DNA of 64,000 nucleotides from an uncultured Gammaproteobacteria bacterium (GCA_963764725.1 CAVXTM010000013.1:1-64000), one strand, 5' to 3'. Counted from the stretch's first letter, positions 23,108 through 33,852 are shown. Program-made: numbers and translations. The notes: generated from the sequence alone by a model not told the origin.

Positions 23108-25300
23108 TCAGGCTACACTGGTCCCGAACTGAAAACACATGAATGCGCTTAGGTAACCGATTGTGGTCATGTACACCCACGCAAAGCCCGCCCAACGCCA
23201 CGAGTTGGTCTCGCGTTTGATTATAGCCACCGTCGCGGCGCATTGCAGGCAGAAGGCATAGAACAGCATCAGCCCCAAGGCCATGGAAAAAGAAAAAACC
23301 TTGCGCCCGTCCGGCCAGGAGGCGTTCTGCAACCGACTACTCAAGCTGTTGTCGGCGGGGTCAACGTCCGAACCCACCGCATAAATCGTCCCGAGGACTG
23401 CGATCACGACCTCGCGCGCGGGAAACGAAGCGATCACAGCCGCCGCGACCTTCCAGTCCCATCCGAGAGGACTGAAAAGCGGTTCCACGGTCTTGCCGAT
23501 GCGGCCGAGCGCACTTTGTTCAAGAAACGCCGCGGCTTCCTGGTTATCGATCTCCCGGCGTTGTTTTGTGAGCGCATCGCCGTCCAGCTTGGCGGCGGCC
23601 TCCAGGCGCTGGCGTTCGTGGTTCTGATGGATGATGCTCGGATGCGGGAAGTACGCGAGCGCCCAGACGATTACGGCCACCGTGAAGATGATGCCACCGG
23701 CGCGCACCAAAAACACCCGCATGCGCTCCGCAAGGCGCAGCACGACTGAGCGCGGTCGGGGCCAACGGTAGGGCGGCAACTCCATCAGGAAGGTCGGTGC
23801 CGGCCCTCTCAGAACCGTGCGCTTAAGGAGCAACGCAGTAGCCACACCGCCCAAGATCCCGATCAGATAGAGGCCGAGCAATACCAGTCCCTGGAGGCTC
23901 AGCAGACCATACGCAAACAATTTGTCCGGCACGAACGCCGAGATCAAGAGCGTATAAACCGGCAGTCTTGCCGAGCAGGTCATAAACGGCGCGGCGAGAA
24001 TCGTCGCTAAACGATCGCGCGGATCGGCGATCACGCGGGTCGCCATAATCCCTGGCACCGCACAGGCGAAGCTCGATAGCATCGGGATAAAGGATTGGCC
24101 CGACAAGCCACAAAAGCGCATCAAGCGGTCCATGAGGAACGCGGCCCGTGCCATGTACCCCGTGTCTTCCAGTAAGATAATGAACACCGACAAGATTAGG
24201 ATCTGAGGAAGAAACACGACGACACTCCCGACGCCTGCGATCATGCCATCGACGATGAGACTCGCTAGCGCCCCCTTGGGAAGCTGTCGCGAAACAAATT
24301 CTCCGAGATGACGCATCAGCGCGTCGATCCCGTCCACCATTGGCGTCGCCCAAGAAAATACGGCCTGAAACACAAGCGCCATGACGCCTAAAAACAGCGC
24401 CGTCCCGAGCAAGGGATGGCTCACCAGCCGATCAATGCGATCGGACCAACCCCGGCGTCTATCAGACCGCGTCTCCGCCTGGGCGAGGATACGGTTTATC
24501 CATTCGTAGCGACAACGCGCATCCGCGGCGGCCAGCGATTCGGTCGCAAACGCGAGTTCCGCGCGCACCTCGCTTAAGCGCTCCGCCACCTCCGCGCCTG
24601 CCGCCGCGCGCAGCCGCTCAAGCACCAGCCCGCCCTCGTCAATTAAGGCACGCTCAATGTCATGCGGGACGATGGCGCACCCAAGTGGACCGAATTCATC
24701 CGCGAGCTTGCCGGCGGCCTCCTTGATGGCGGGCATCAGCGCCAGGCGAGCGGCGCGAGGGTGACGCAGGGTCCGCTCCAAGGCCGACCGCAACGCCTCA
24801 ATGCCCTCCGATCGAGACGCAACCACAGGCATCAGAGCGCACTGAAGCTCATGCTCTAAGTAGTTGACGTTTAGAGCGATCCCTCGCGATCGCGCGACGT
24901 CCATCATATTTAGCGCGACCAGGACCGGCAACCCAAGCTCTAGGATCTGGCTGACCAAGAAAAGGTTACGCCTGAGATTAGACGCGTCGGCGACTATTAG
25001 TACCGCATCGGGTGTTCCCAGATCCGGGATCCGGCCCAGTAAAACGTCCATGGCGACCATCTCATCCGGCGACTGCGCGGACAAGGAATACATCCCCGGA
25101 AGATCGACCAGATGGACCTCTCCGTGGTCGAGACTCAGGATCCCAACGCGGCGTTCTACCGTGACACCGGGATAATTGGCTATTTTTTGGCGTAAACCCG
25201 TGAGGGCGTTGAAAACCGTGCTCTTACCGACGTTCGGGTTTCCAACAACCACGATCGTAGCTCGATTTCGCTCCGCCCGGTTCGAAGACAATGGGTCCAC
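23108..25300 (-). CDS. feoB: Ferrous iron transporter B
   Basis: GNPNVGKST, NYPGVTVE, DLPGMYSL, FACAVPGIMATR, CSARLPVY. Confidence 0.96.
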   Translation of the reverse strand: MDPLSSNRAERNRATIVVVGNPNVGKSTVFNALTGLRQKIANYPGVTVERRVGILSLDHGEVHLVDLPGMYSLSAQSPDEMVAMDVLLGRIPDLGTPDAVLIVADASNLRRNLFLVSQILELGLPVLVALNMMDVARSRGIALNVNYLEHELQCALMPVVASRSEGIEALRSALERTLRHPRAARLALMPAIKEAAGKLADEFGPLGCAIVPHDIERALIDEGGLVLERLRAAAGAEVAERLSEVRAELAFATESLAAADARCRYEWINRILAQAETRSDRRRGWSDRIDRLVSHPLLGTALFLGVMALVFQAVFSWATPMVDGIDALMRHLGEFVSRQLPKGALASLIVDGMIAGVGSVVVFLPQILILSVFIILLEDTGYMARAAFLMDRLMRFCGLSGQSFIPMLSSFACAVPGIMATRVIADPRDRLATILAAPFMTCSARLPVYTLLISAFVPDKLFAYGLLSLQGLVLLGLYLIGILGGVATALLLKRTVLRGPAPTFLMELPPYRWPRPRSVVLRLAERMRVFLVRAGGIIFTVAVIVWALAYFPHPSIIHQNHERQRLEAAAKLDGDALTKQRREIDNQEAAAFLEQSALGRIGKTVEPLFSPLGWDWKVAAAVIASFPAREVVIAVLGTIYAVGSDVDPADNSLSSRLQNASWPDGRKVFSFSMALGLMLFYAFCLQCAATVAIIKRETNSWRWAGFAWVYMTTIGYLSAFMCFQFGTSVA

Positions 25301-25325
25301 GCCATTTCTCGGGCAAACGGGACGA

Positions 25326-25658
25326 CTACGCGACGTCTTCGACTAAAATCATGCGGGCCTCGCTCTTTCGCAAGGACAGCGAATATCCGAACACATTGAT
25401 TTCTATCGGATCTCCGGCAGGGGCCGCGCGCACGAAGGTCAACATTGTGCCGGCGATCAGCCCAAGCTGCATAATGCGCTGCGCCAAGGGATTCGACTCC
25501 GCGAACGCGACGACTATCGCCCGCTGGCCGGGCTTGAGGTCGGCAAGAGTGCGTTCCTGCGCCGACGCGGGCTGGAACCTCCGATCGCTTAGCCGAGACA
25601 AGGCGCCTCGATCACGGACACCTCGATATGATCCGCGTGCTCTTTGCTCATTGCCCAA
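25326..25658 (-). CDS. feoA: FeoA domain protein
   Basis: RIMQLGLIAG...APAGDPIEI...LSLRKSEA. Confidence 0.88.
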   Translation of the reverse strand: MGNEQRARGSYRGVRDRGALSRLSDRRFQPASAQERTLADLKPGQRAIVVAFAESNPLAQRIMQLGLIAGTMLTFVRAAPAGDPIEINVFGYSLSLRKSEARMILVEDVA

Positions 25659-25825
25659 CGCGTTTCCTCCAAGGCGACTGCTATAGGGTCACCATGGCGC
25701 AAAACCGAGATCTGCGCCCCAGGGTGTATTCCCCGAGCCGCGAGTTGGTCGACTAGCGCCGCGGATCGAGACCGCACCTTCACCACAATCGCAACGTCAC
25801 CGGCGGCAAGGTTTCCCAGGTTCAT
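25589..25825 (-). CDS. feoA: Second FeoA domain protein
   Basis: QLAARGIHPGAQISVL..GDPIAV. Confidence 0.8.
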   Translation of the reverse strand: MNLGNLAAGDVAIVVKVRSRSAALVDQLAARGIHPGAQISVLRHGDPIAVALEETRWAMSKEHADHIEVSVIEAPCLG

Positions 25826-25870
25826 ACGTTCATTACCGTTTTTGGGTATGGGACATATTGTATCATAGAT

Positions 25871-25889
25871 GATAACGATGTCGATTCGC
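25871..25889. promoter_or_regulatory. Weak candidate Fur box upstream of feoAAB
   Basis: GATAACGATGTCGATTCGC matches 12/19 of the GATAATGATAATCATTATC consensus; supported mainly by context. Confidence 0.35.
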
Positions 25890-25937
25890 ATTTACACTGC
25901 CTATGCGTTCGCCTTGTATTCAATGAATTCAGGCCTC

Positions 25938-26816
25938 TTATTCAGCTTGCGAGCGCCGTTTCATCAAACGCTCGAGAACGGGTGTAATAATGAATTCGAT
26001 AGCTAGAATTTTTTTTCCTGCCGGCACTACAATCGTGTCATGCCGCGACATGAAGGCGCCATCCAGCACCTCGATTAAATAGCGGAAATCGACTTGCAGC
26101 TTCTTGAGATTTCGAACATGGATGATGACAAAGCTCTCTTCATCGCCTGGGATTTCCTCGGCGGCGAAGGGGTTCGAGGTATCCACGGTCGACACGCGTT
26201 GAAAGTTGATATCCGTGCGCGAAAATTGCGGGGTGATATAGTAGACATAATCGTGCATGCGATTGAGGATCATGCGCGTTGCCGAGGCGGTCGTGTAGCC
26301 CCTCACGACCCGGTCCCTGTGGATTTTTTGGATCCATTCAAGATTAATAATCGGTACGACGCCGATACATAAATCAATATAGCGGAGAACATTCACCGAA
26401 TCGGCTATTAATGCCCCGTGGAGTCCTTCATAAAACAACAAATCGGTGTCCGGCGGCAAGTCTTCCCACGCCGTGAAGGTTCCCGGCGGTTGATGGTGGC
26501 GAGCCGCCTGCTCTTCGTTATGGACGTAATAGCGGCGCCGCCCACAGCCGGTGTCTGCGTAGCGCTTAAAAAGCCATTCGAGCTCCTCGAAAAAGTTACC
26601 TTCCGGGCCGAAATGGGTTAAATGGCGGCCTTCCCGCTCCGCCTGTTCCGCCGCGGTTTGCATCTCGGAACGATCGTAACGATGAAAACAATCTCCTTCG
26701 ATGATGGCGGGTTGGAGTTGCTCGCGCCGAAACAGATGCAAAAAGGCACGCCGCATATAGGTCGTCCCGGCGCCCGATGAACCCGTCACGGCGATGATCG
26801 GATGTTTTATCGACAC
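25938..26816 (-). CDS. prkB: Phosphoribulokinase (proteobacterial class)
   Basis: MSIKHPIIAVTGSSGAGT, EGDCFHRYDR, FYEGLHG, NLEWIQKIHRD, DTSNPF. Confidence 0.93.
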   Translation of the reverse strand: MSIKHPIIAVTGSSGAGTTYMRRAFLHLFRREQLQPAIIEGDCFHRYDRSEMQTAAEQAEREGRHLTHFGPEGNFFEELEWLFKRYADTGCGRRRYYVHNEEQAARHHQPPGTFTAWEDLPPDTDLLFYEGLHGALIADSVNVLRYIDLCIGVVPIINLEWIQKIHRDRVVRGYTTASATRMILNRMHDYVYYITPQFSRTDINFQRVSTVDTSNPFAAEEIPGDEESFVIIHVRNLKKLQVDFRYLIEVLDGAFMSRHDTIVVPAGKKILAIEFIITPVLERLMKRRSQAE

Positions 26817-26970
26817 GCAGACATTGCCTAATTCCGAACTTAGAACGTATATACTGCCCGCTTGCGACGTTTCTTTCTAGAGTCGACCCGGGGTGCAGGG
26901 AATGCGAGCGGAGACTACGGGGGCAGGGAGCGGTTCACGCTCGGGCAGCAAATCCTCGAGAGGTACCCCT

Positions 26971-28791
26971 ATGGCGGATGCCGCTGTGATCGATAGCCGA
27001 ACGCTCTACCTCCGCCTTCTGCGATATGTCCATCCCTACCGGCGTACGTTCGCGATCTCCCTCCTCAGCATGGTCCTGCTGGCATGCACCGAACCCCTCT
27101 TGCCGGCCTTGCTCAAGCCCCTGCTAGACGGCAGCTTCATCGAGCAGGACGCCGGCGCGCGGCTGACGGTACCCGGTCTCCTCGTCTTACTCTTCTTATT
27201 TCGCGGGGGGATTACCTATGCCAGCCACGTGTCCGCGAACTGGGTCGCGCAGAAAGTCGTGCTCGATCTTCGCCAGCAGATGTTTCGCAACCTGGTGATG
27301 CTGCCCTCAGCTTACTTCGACACAACCAATTCCAGCGTCTTGATCTCTAAGCTGAGCTTCGACGTGGCGCAGGTGGCGCAAGCCGCAACGCACGGCGTGA
27401 CCGTGCTGGTCAAAGATTCACTCGCGGTGCTCGGCTTATTCTGTTACATGCTGTACCTGAACTGGATGTTGTCGTTGACGGTGCTCATCGTCGCGCCAGT
27501 AGTCGGTTTGGTGATCTTAGGCGCGAGCCGACGTTTGCGCGTGATGAGTCAGAAAGTGCAACACTCCATGGGCACCATCACCGAAGTGGCCCAAGAAGCG
27601 ATCGATTGCCATAAGGCGGTCAAGATCTATGACGGGCGAGATCACGAAACTGGGCGCTTCTACCGGGCGGCGGATGAAAATCGAAAGTTCACGATGAAGA
27701 TCGTGACAGTTTCCGCCGCCAATGTCCCGATCATCCAAGCGCTGATGGCGGTGGTTTTAGCCGCGGTCACCTACCTGGCGGCCACGCTATCCGTGGCCGG
27801 CGAGCTGACCATCGGTGATTTTGTCGCTTTTTTTACCGCGATGACTTTACTGTTACCGCCCATTAAGCGCATCACCGGGATCAACGAGCATCTGCAACGC
27901 GGTTTGGCGGCAGCGCAAAGCGTGTTCAGCCTGATTGATGAAGCGCCGGAACCAGACAACGGAGCGAGGGATTGCCAACGGGCACACGGGAACGTCGAAT
28001 ATGAAAACGTCAGCCTCGTCTACGAGCCGCGCCTCCGTCCCGCGCTGCACGGGATCTCTGTCAAGATCGAAGCGGGCGAGACCATAGCGTTGGTGGGCCC
28101 CTCGGGCAGCGGGAAGTCAAGCTTCGCCAATCTGCTGCCGCGGTTTTATCACCCGAGCCGGGGACGCATCCTGCTCGATGGCGTGGACATTGCCGATCTG
28201 AGCTTGCACGCTCTCAGAGGGAATATCGCCCTCGTGACCCAAGAGGTGCTGTTATTCAACGACACGGTCCGCAACAACATCGCCTACGGCGCTATGCGCG
28301 ACGCGAGCGCGGCGGCGATCCTCAGGGCGGTCGAGGCGGCGCATGTTAGCGACTTCATCGCGACGATGCCGGAGGGGCTGGACACCTTGATCGGCGAAAA
28401 TGGTGTCCGGCTCTCCGGCGGCCAACGCCAGCGGCTTGCCATCGCGCGCGCCATTCTCAAGGATGCCCCCCTCTTGATCCTGGATGAAGCAACATCCTCG
28501 TTGGATTCCATCTCCGAGCAGCACATCCAGGCAGCACTGGATACCCTGCGCCGGGGACGCACGTGCATCATCATCGCGCACCGTTTATCGACGATAGAAA
28601 ACGCGGATCGCATCATCGTGCTGAAGCACGGAAAAATTGAAGAGATCGGCACCCACGACGAGCTCCTCCGGCGCCACGGAACCTATGCCAGGCTATACCG
28701 GCTCCAGTTCAGGTCGCATGCCGCGGCCATTGAGATGCACCCACGTCGCGGGCAAGAGACCGCGAAGAACAAAAAAACTGTGCAAGAATAA
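26971..28791 (+). CDS. msbA: Lipid A flippase ABC transporter
   Basis: TM domain plus GPSGSGKSS, LSGGQRQRLAIARA, ILDEATS. Confidence 0.88.
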   Translation: MADAAVIDSRTLYLRLLRYVHPYRRTFAISLLSMVLLACTEPLLPALLKPLLDGSFIEQDAGARLTVPGLLVLLFLFRGGITYASHVSANWVAQKVVLDLRQQMFRNLVMLPSAYFDTTNSSVLISKLSFDVAQVAQAATHGVTVLVKDSLAVLGLFCYMLYLNWMLSLTVLIVAPVVGLVILGASRRLRVMSQKVQHSMGTITEVAQEAIDCHKAVKIYDGRDHETGRFYRAADENRKFTMKIVTVSAANVPIIQALMAVVLAAVTYLAATLSVAGELTIGDFVAFFTAMTLLLPPIKRITGINEHLQRGLAAAQSVFSLIDEAPEPDNGARDCQRAHGNVEYENVSLVYEPRLRPALHGISVKIEAGETIALVGPSGSGKSSFANLLPRFYHPSRGRILLDGVDIADLSLHALRGNIALVTQEVLLFNDTVRNNIAYGAMRDASAAAILRAVEAAHVSDFIATMPEGLDTLIGENGVRLSGGQRQRLAIARAILKDAPLLILDEATSSLDSISEQHIQAALDTLRRGRTCIIIAHRLSTIENADRIIVLKHGKIEEIGTHDELLRRHGTYARLYRLQFRSHAAAIEMHPRRGQETAKNKKTVQE

Positions 28792-28819
28792 ACTCCAGTC
28801 GCGTTTGACAGCACGCCCC

Positions 28820-29359
28820 ATGGCAAAGAAAACCAGCGCCCTCGCCGAGCCGTATCCCGGCCCGGCCGATCCGCCGATCCGCGTCGGGTGGCGGGAGTGG
28901 GTCGCGTTTCCCGATCTCCGCCTCCCCGCCATCAAGGCCAAGATGGACAGCGGCGCACGCACCTCGGCGTTGCATACGTTCAAACTGCACACCTATGAGA
29001 CCGCTGGACACCTCAAGATTGAATTCTGGCTCCATCCCTTGCAATGCCGTACCGATATCACGCGGGTGTGCACCGCGGACGTCGTGGATAGTCGCACCGT
29101 GTGCGATTCGGGAGGACACCGCGAGCAACGCTTTGTCATTCGCTCCATCGTGCGCTTCATGGACAGAGCCTGGCCGATAGAAATCACGCTCACCAATCGC
29201 GAGGACATGCTATTCCGTCTGCTGCTTGGGCGCACGGCGATGGCAGCCGGGGGACTGATCGTGGATCCCGGGAAATCTTTCACCGGCGGCCGCGCCTTAC
29301 GCCGTGTTTATCTCCTATCGAGCCAGCAGGGCTTACCGGCTGTCGAGCCGCCCCCATGA
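28820..29359 (+). CDS. RimK-associated putative aspartyl/zinc protease
   Basis: [27 protein letters not shown]. Confidence 0.88.
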   Translation: MAKKTSALAEPYPGPADPPIRVGWREWVAFPDLRLPAIKAKMDSGARTSALHTFKLHTYETAGHLKIEFWLHPLQCRTDITRVCTADVVDSRTVCDSGGHREQRFVIRSIVRFMDRAWPIEITLTNREDMLFRLLLGRTAMAAGGLIVDPGKSFTGGRALRRVYLLSSQQGLPAVEPPP

Positions 29360-30261
29360 AGATTGCTATTCTGTCGCGCAATCCTAAACTCTACTCCACG
29401 CGCCGGCTCGTGGAAGCCGCCAAGCTACGCCACCATGAAGTGCGGACCCTCGATGTACTGCGCTGCTACATGAATATCACCTCCCATCGCCCGAGCATCC
29501 ACTACAAGGGACGGCGCCATGAAGAGTTCGATGCGGTGATCCCTCGTATCGGCGCGTCCGTAACCTCCTACGGCACGGCGGTATTGCGGCAGTTTGAAAT
29601 GATGGGTGTTTACCCGCTCAACGAATCGGTCGCCATCAGCCGCTCCCGGGATAAACTGCGCGCCTTGCAGTTGCTCTCGCGCAAGGGTATCGGCCTACCG
29701 GTCACGGGATTTGCGCATAAACCCGACGATATCGAGGATCTGATCCAGATGGTCGGCGGCCCACCGCTTGTCATCAAGCTCCTCGAAGGCACCCAAGGCA
29801 TGGGGGTTGTGCTTGCGGAAACGCATAATGCTGCGAAAAGCGTGATCGAGTCGTTTTTAGGATTGAAGGTAAGCGTTTTGGTACAGGAGTACATCAAGGA
29901 GGCCGGGGGCAGCGATCTACGCTGTATGGTGATTGGCGACAAGGTGGTCACGGCAATGAAACGCCAAAGCCGCGGCGGCGACTTCCGCTCCAACCTACAC
30001 CGGGGCGGGGCGGCCAGCTTGATCAAGATCACACCCGAGGAACGTTCCACGGCCGTTCGCGCCGCGCAAACAATGGGTCTGAACGTCGCGGGGGTGGATA
30101 TCCTGCGCTCTGATCATGGTCCGCTGGTGCTCGAAGTGAACTCCTCCCCCGGACTCGAAGGCATCGAAGTTGCGACCGGTAACGACATCGCGGGCGCGAT
30201 CATCGAGTTCATCGAGAAAAACGCCCGCAGCGGACGGACCCGCACCCGAGGCAGCGGGTAA
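29356..30261 (+). CDS. rimK: Ribosomal protein S6 glutamate ligase
   Basis: [36 protein letters not shown]. Confidence 0.95.
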   Translation: MKIAILSRNPKLYSTRRLVEAAKLRHHEVRTLDVLRCYMNITSHRPSIHYKGRRHEEFDAVIPRIGASVTSYGTAVLRQFEMMGVYPLNESVAISRSRDKLRALQLLSRKGIGLPVTGFAHKPDDIEDLIQMVGGPPLVIKLLEGTQGMGVVLAETHNAAKSVIESFLGLKVSVLVQEYIKEAGGSDLRCMVIGDKVVTAMKRQSRGGDFRSNLHRGGAASLIKITPEERSTAVRAAQTMGLNVAGVDILRSDHGPLVLEVNSSPGLEGIEVATGNDIAGAIIEFIEKNARSGRTRTRGSG

Positions 30262-30264
30262 GTC

Positions 30265-31275
30265 ATGCCACAAGCACCCATCCGTTGCGGCGGAATCGAG
30301 GTGGCCGCCGGTCAGCGCCAGATCATCGATCTGCCGATCCCGCGTCTCTATACCCATACCGCCCTGACGATTCCGGTCCGGGTCATCCACGGCCGCCAAA
30401 GCGGTCCCAGCCTCTTCGTGTGCGCGGCGATCCATGGGGACGAGATCAACGGCGTGGAGATCATCCGGCGGATCCTGGACGTTCCAGACCTGATGCACTT
30501 GAAAGGAACCCTGCTGGCCGTGCCCGTCGTGAACATCTATGGGTTCATCAATCAATCGCGTTACCTGCCGGATCGACGGGATCTCAACCGTTGTTTTCCG
30601 GGTTCGGAGCAGGGATCCTTGGCGGCGCGGCTCGCCGATGTCTTTTTCCGCGAAATCGCCGCGCTATGCACCCACGGTATCGATCTCCACACCGGGGCCA
30701 TTCACCGTGATAACCTCCCGCAAATTCGCGCTTGTATCGGCGATCCTGAAACCTTGCGGATGGCGCGCGCCTTTGCATCGCCGGTCATCGTTAATACGGC
30801 TCTGGTGGAAGGCTCCATGCGTAAGGCCCTGGCGCAGCGCGGGATCCCGGTCATCGTGTACGAAGCAGGCGAAGCGTTGCGCTTCGACGAGACCGCGATC
30901 CAAACGGGATTTGAAGGCGTGCTCGCCGTGATGCGCGCTCTCGGTATGTTATCCGGGCGGCGTCAAGGCGGCCGTCGGCCAAAGCAGTACACGGCCCAAT
31001 CAAGCGTCTGGGTGCGCGCGCCCCAGAGCGGTATTCTGCGTAACGTGGCCTGTCTCGGCGCGCGTGTCAAAAAGAATCAGCATCTCGGGATCGTGGCCGA
31101 TCCCTTCGGTGAGCGCGAAGCCGCGGTTAAAACACCCGCTGTCGGCATCATTGTGGGGTGCACCAAATTACCGCTTGTCAACGAAGGCGAGGCGCTGTTT
31201 CATATCGCCCGCTTGGAGCCAACGGCCGGACAGGGTCGCGCCATTCGGGCACCTGCTAGGATGCGTTACGCATAG
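30265..31275 (+). CDS. Succinylglutamate desuccinylase/aspartoacylase (M14) family
   Basis: AAIHGDEING, DLNRCFPG, IDLHTG, YEAGE. Confidence 0.9.
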   Translation: MPQAPIRCGGIEVAAGQRQIIDLPIPRLYTHTALTIPVRVIHGRQSGPSLFVCAAIHGDEINGVEIIRRILDVPDLMHLKGTLLAVPVVNIYGFINQSRYLPDRRDLNRCFPGSEQGSLAARLADVFFREIAALCTHGIDLHTGAIHRDNLPQIRACIGDPETLRMARAFASPVIVNTALVEGSMRKALAQRGIPVIVYEAGEALRFDETAIQTGFEGVLAVMRALGMLSGRRQGGRRPKQYTAQSSVWVRAPQSGILRNVACLGARVKKNQHLGIVADPFGEREAAVKTPAVGIIVGCTKLPLVNEGEALFHIARLEPTAGQGRAIRAPARMRYA

Positions 31276-31284
31276 GCTGCAACG

Positions 31285-31809
31285 ATGACCGCCATCGAGG
31301 CCGTTACCGCCGACATCACCACCCTCAAGGTGGATGTCATTGTCAATGCGGCCAATACCTCGCTCCTCGGCGGCGGCGGTGTGGACGGGGCTATTCACCG
31401 GGCGGCGGGACCCGAGTTGCTCGCCGAGTGCCGTACCCTCGGGGGATGCGCAGCCGGCTCGGCCAAGATCACCCGGGCTTACCGCTTGCCGGCGCGTTTC
31501 GTTATTCACACCGTCGGGCCAGTCTGGCGAGGCGGTCACCACGGCGAGGCGGACTTATTAGCTTCGTGCTACCAGCAGAGCCTCGATCTCGCCGCCCAGC
31601 ACCGCCTTGCCACGATCGCGTTTCCCGCGATCAGCTGCGGCGTCTACCGGTATCCGATATGTGAGGCCGCCGCGATCGCCGTACGCGAGATCAGGAGCTT
31701 CTTAGGCGGCTCCGATGCCGTGCGCAAGGTCTACGTTGCCTGCTTCGATGCAGCCATCCACCAAGCCTACCTCGAGACACTCGCCGCCACGATCGGCGCC
31801 CCCGAATAA
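31285..31809 (+). CDS. Macrodomain O-acetyl-ADP-ribose deacetylase (YmdB-like)
   Basis: IVNAAN..LLGGGGVDGAIHRAAG, HTVGP, FPAISCGVY. Confidence 0.93.
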   Translation: MTAIEAVTADITTLKVDVIVNAANTSLLGGGGVDGAIHRAAGPELLAECRTLGGCAAGSAKITRAYRLPARFVIHTVGPVWRGGHHGEADLLASCYQQSLDLAAQHRLATIAFPAISCGVYRYPICEAAAIAVREIRSFLGGSDAVRKVYVACFDAAIHQAYLETLAATIGAPE

Positions 31810-31833
31810 ACTCCTCTTGATGAGGTGCCCGTC

Positions 31834-32310
31834 TCAACCCTTCTCAATGGCTTTTGCCTCCACTTCGGCGCTCCATACCCGATAACGCACTTCGACTCCT
31901 TCAGGCGCATACACCACGATGGGCAATCGACTGTTGTATCGAATCAAATAGGGTTCGCCGCCAACCGTGATAAAGCGGTTCACCTTCGGCGCGTTCGGAT
32001 TGATCGCCATTAGCGTGCCCGCCATCGGCCCGAGCTTGCCGAGAATGTAGCGTGGAAATCCCCAGCCGCTGATTGTTTTCTCCTCGATCTTGCCGGTGAA
32101 GAAGTATCTATTCGCTTCGTCGACCTCGACGGTCTTACCGGCAATCAGTTCTACCTTGAAAGCGGATTCATTAACCTGTTCCGGCAGCTGTAGGACATAT
32201 CGAACCATACCCTCATCGGCTCGCGGAAACGCCTTCATGTTGTCCGCCGCCTGACCAGGTAGCACTGCAGAAAGAAGCAATAGGGCAGTAGTTGGACAAA
32301 GCTTCTTCAT
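31834..32310 (-). CDS. Ecotin serine-protease inhibitor (distal cassette)
   Basis: KVELIAGK, TISGWG, GTLMA, RYNSRLPIVVY.PEGVEVRYRVW. Confidence 0.88.
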   Translation of the reverse strand: MKKLCPTTALLLLSAVLPGQAADNMKAFPRADEGMVRYVLQLPEQVNESAFKVELIAGKTVEVDEANRYFFTGKIEEKTISGWGFPRYILGKLGPMAGTLMAINPNAPKVNRFITVGGEPYLIRYNSRLPIVVYAPEGVEVRYRVWSAEVEAKAIEKG

Positions 32311-32323
32311 AATCTCTCCTTAT

Positions 32324-32409
32324 GCAGAACGCCCAAGCTCAGCCGCGGCAAAATCGCGTAGTGGTTAAACAGCAATGCGGCCCCGCCCAGGTGCAGCACC
32401 TGGTTCGGC
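32324..32409 (-). repeat. attC site
   Basis: Plus strand GCAGAAC...GTTCGGC with paired L boxes. Confidence 0.7.
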
Positions 32410-32458
32410 GGTGACTACGGCACGGACTGCAAATCGTCTGCCGTTCATTCACCTCAGC

Positions 32459-33142
32459 TCAAACAAAGCGAAGCAGCTTCAGCAACTCTTCCGCTCCGGG
32501 TCCCGAAGAGGCCGGGTTCTGGCCAGTCAGCAGCTTGCCATCTACTTGGACGTAGGGGACCCAGTTGGCAGCTTGGCTGTAGATGCCACCCCGTTCCTTT
32601 AGCCGGTCTTCCAACAGGAAAGGCACGACCGCGGTCAAGCCCACCGCTTCTTCTTCTGCATTCGTGAACCCGGTCACGCGCTTGCCTTTAACCAGATACT
32701 GGCCGTCTTTTCCGCGCACATTGATCAACGCGACCGGCGCGTGACACACTGCACCGACTGGCTTGTCGGCCCTCACGAAGGCTTCGATCAACGCGATGGA
32801 TGTCGCGTTGTCGGGCATGTCCCACATCGGGCCATGTCCGCCGGGGTAGAAGACTGCGTCGAAATCGTCCGCGGACACGTCGGCTAGCTTCTTCGTGTTG
32901 GCAAGTTCAGTCTGTGCAGCGGTGTCTGTGCGGAAGCGCTCCGTTAATTTGGTCTGGTTTTCGGGTAGATCGCTTATCGGATCGAGCGGCGGCTGGCCGC
33001 CCTTCGGCGAGGCTAGCGTGATCGCCGCTCCGGCATCCTTCAGCACGTAATAGGGAGCGGCAAACTCTTCCAGCCAGAAACCAGTTTTCTTTCCGGTGTC
33101 GCCGAGTTGGTCATGAGACGTGAGAACAATGAGAATCTTCAT
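32459..33142 (-). CDS. DJ-1/PfpI type 1 glutamine amidotransferase-like protein (cassette)
   Basis: TGFWLEE, YPGGHGPMWD, AVCHAP, TGQNPAS. Confidence 0.92.
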   Translation of the reverse strand: MKILIVLTSHDQLGDTGKKTGFWLEEFAAPYYVLKDAGAAITLASPKGGQPPLDPISDLPENQTKLTERFRTDTAAQTELANTKKLADVSADDFDAVFYPGGHGPMWDMPDNATSIALIEAFVRADKPVGAVCHAPVALINVRGKDGQYLVKGKRVTGFTNAEEEAVGLTAVVPFLLEDRLKERGGIYSQAANWVPYVQVDGKLLTGQNPASSGPGAEELLKLLRFV

Positions 33143-33226
33143 AGTAAATCTTCTTCTGTTTGAGAACTCATGTTGAAACTCCAGTGTACCGCCCCTCCGT
33201 GACCTGACTCATTCGCTTCTTGCTCC

Positions 33227-33245
33227 GCCGAACGCCTTGTTGGGC
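33227..33245 (-). repeat. Collapsed attC (both cores, no internal stem)
   Basis: GCCGAAC-GCCTT-GTTGGGC immediately after the stop codon of the VOC gene. Confidence 0.55.
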
Positions 33246-33252
33246 ACCAAGC

Positions 33253-33633
33253 TCATACCGGCTTACCAGAAACGTGGCTTGAGAAAAATGTGATTACATG
33301 CCCGGCTGGCTCGCGGACAGTAAAAACCTCGTGATCGATAGCTGGCCGGGCCTCGATCGGTGATGGGACAAGCCCCAGAGACGTAAATCGCTGATGGATT
33401 GCATGCAGGTCATCAACCATGAGGTCGAACGGGGCATTACCCACAACGATTTTGCTTTTTAGCATCAGGATCAAGTGCGTCCCGCCACGCAGTTCGTAGA
33501 CGGAGACCTCCGGCCCCTGAAATATGGGGCGCATGCCAATTGTCCGCATGAAGTGAGCAGATTCCTCCATGCGGTCTGTCTCCAGAACGACGTGCGCCAC
33601 GCCTAGCGGAGGGCGCTGATCATGTTCGCTCAT
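33253..33633 (-). CDS. VOC/glyoxalase-family protein (cassette)
   Basis: GVAHVVLET...FDLMVDDL...REPAGHVITF. Confidence 0.8.
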   Translation of the reverse strand: MSEHDQRPPLGVAHVVLETDRMEESAHFMRTIGMRPIFQGPEVSVYELRGGTHLILMLKSKIVVGNAPFDLMVDDLHAIHQRFTSLGLVPSPIEARPAIDHEVFTVREPAGHVITFFSSHVSGKPV

Positions 33634-33643
33634 TTTCTTGGTG

Positions 33644-33713
33644 CCCAAACGCCTAGGTTAAGCCGACCGCGCGGGCTTCTTAGCGCGGGTAGGCTTTGAA
33701 CCGATGGTTGGGG
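33644..33713 (-). repeat. attC site
   Basis: CCCAAAC...CCGCGC/GCGCGG stem...GTTGGGG. Confidence 0.7.
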
Positions 33714-33717
33714 GCGG

Positions 33718-33852
33718 TCATTTGGGCTCAAGAGCGCCAGAAAGAACTACAGCCGCAAGAAATAAACCGAGAAGCATTACCGCTGCAGAAGCGATGAACC
33801 ACTTCACCGTTTTACCGTACTCTTGCTCGCTGTCGTCAGCATATTCATTCAC
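33718..33852 (-). pseudogene. Short or 5'-truncated membrane-protein cassette gene
   Basis: 44-aa frame with one TM segment ending just before an attC. Confidence 0.4.

Noticed and set aside
25938-26816. prkB as proof of Calvin-cycle autotrophy
   Set aside because: No RuBisCO or cbb genes in the window, and PrkB homologues occur in heterotrophic gammaproteobacteria
28820-31809. Protease-rimK-M14 peptidase-macrodomain cluster as a new system
   Set aside because: The rimK trio is a widespread arrangement and nothing in the sequence links the macrodomain gene to it beyond adjacency
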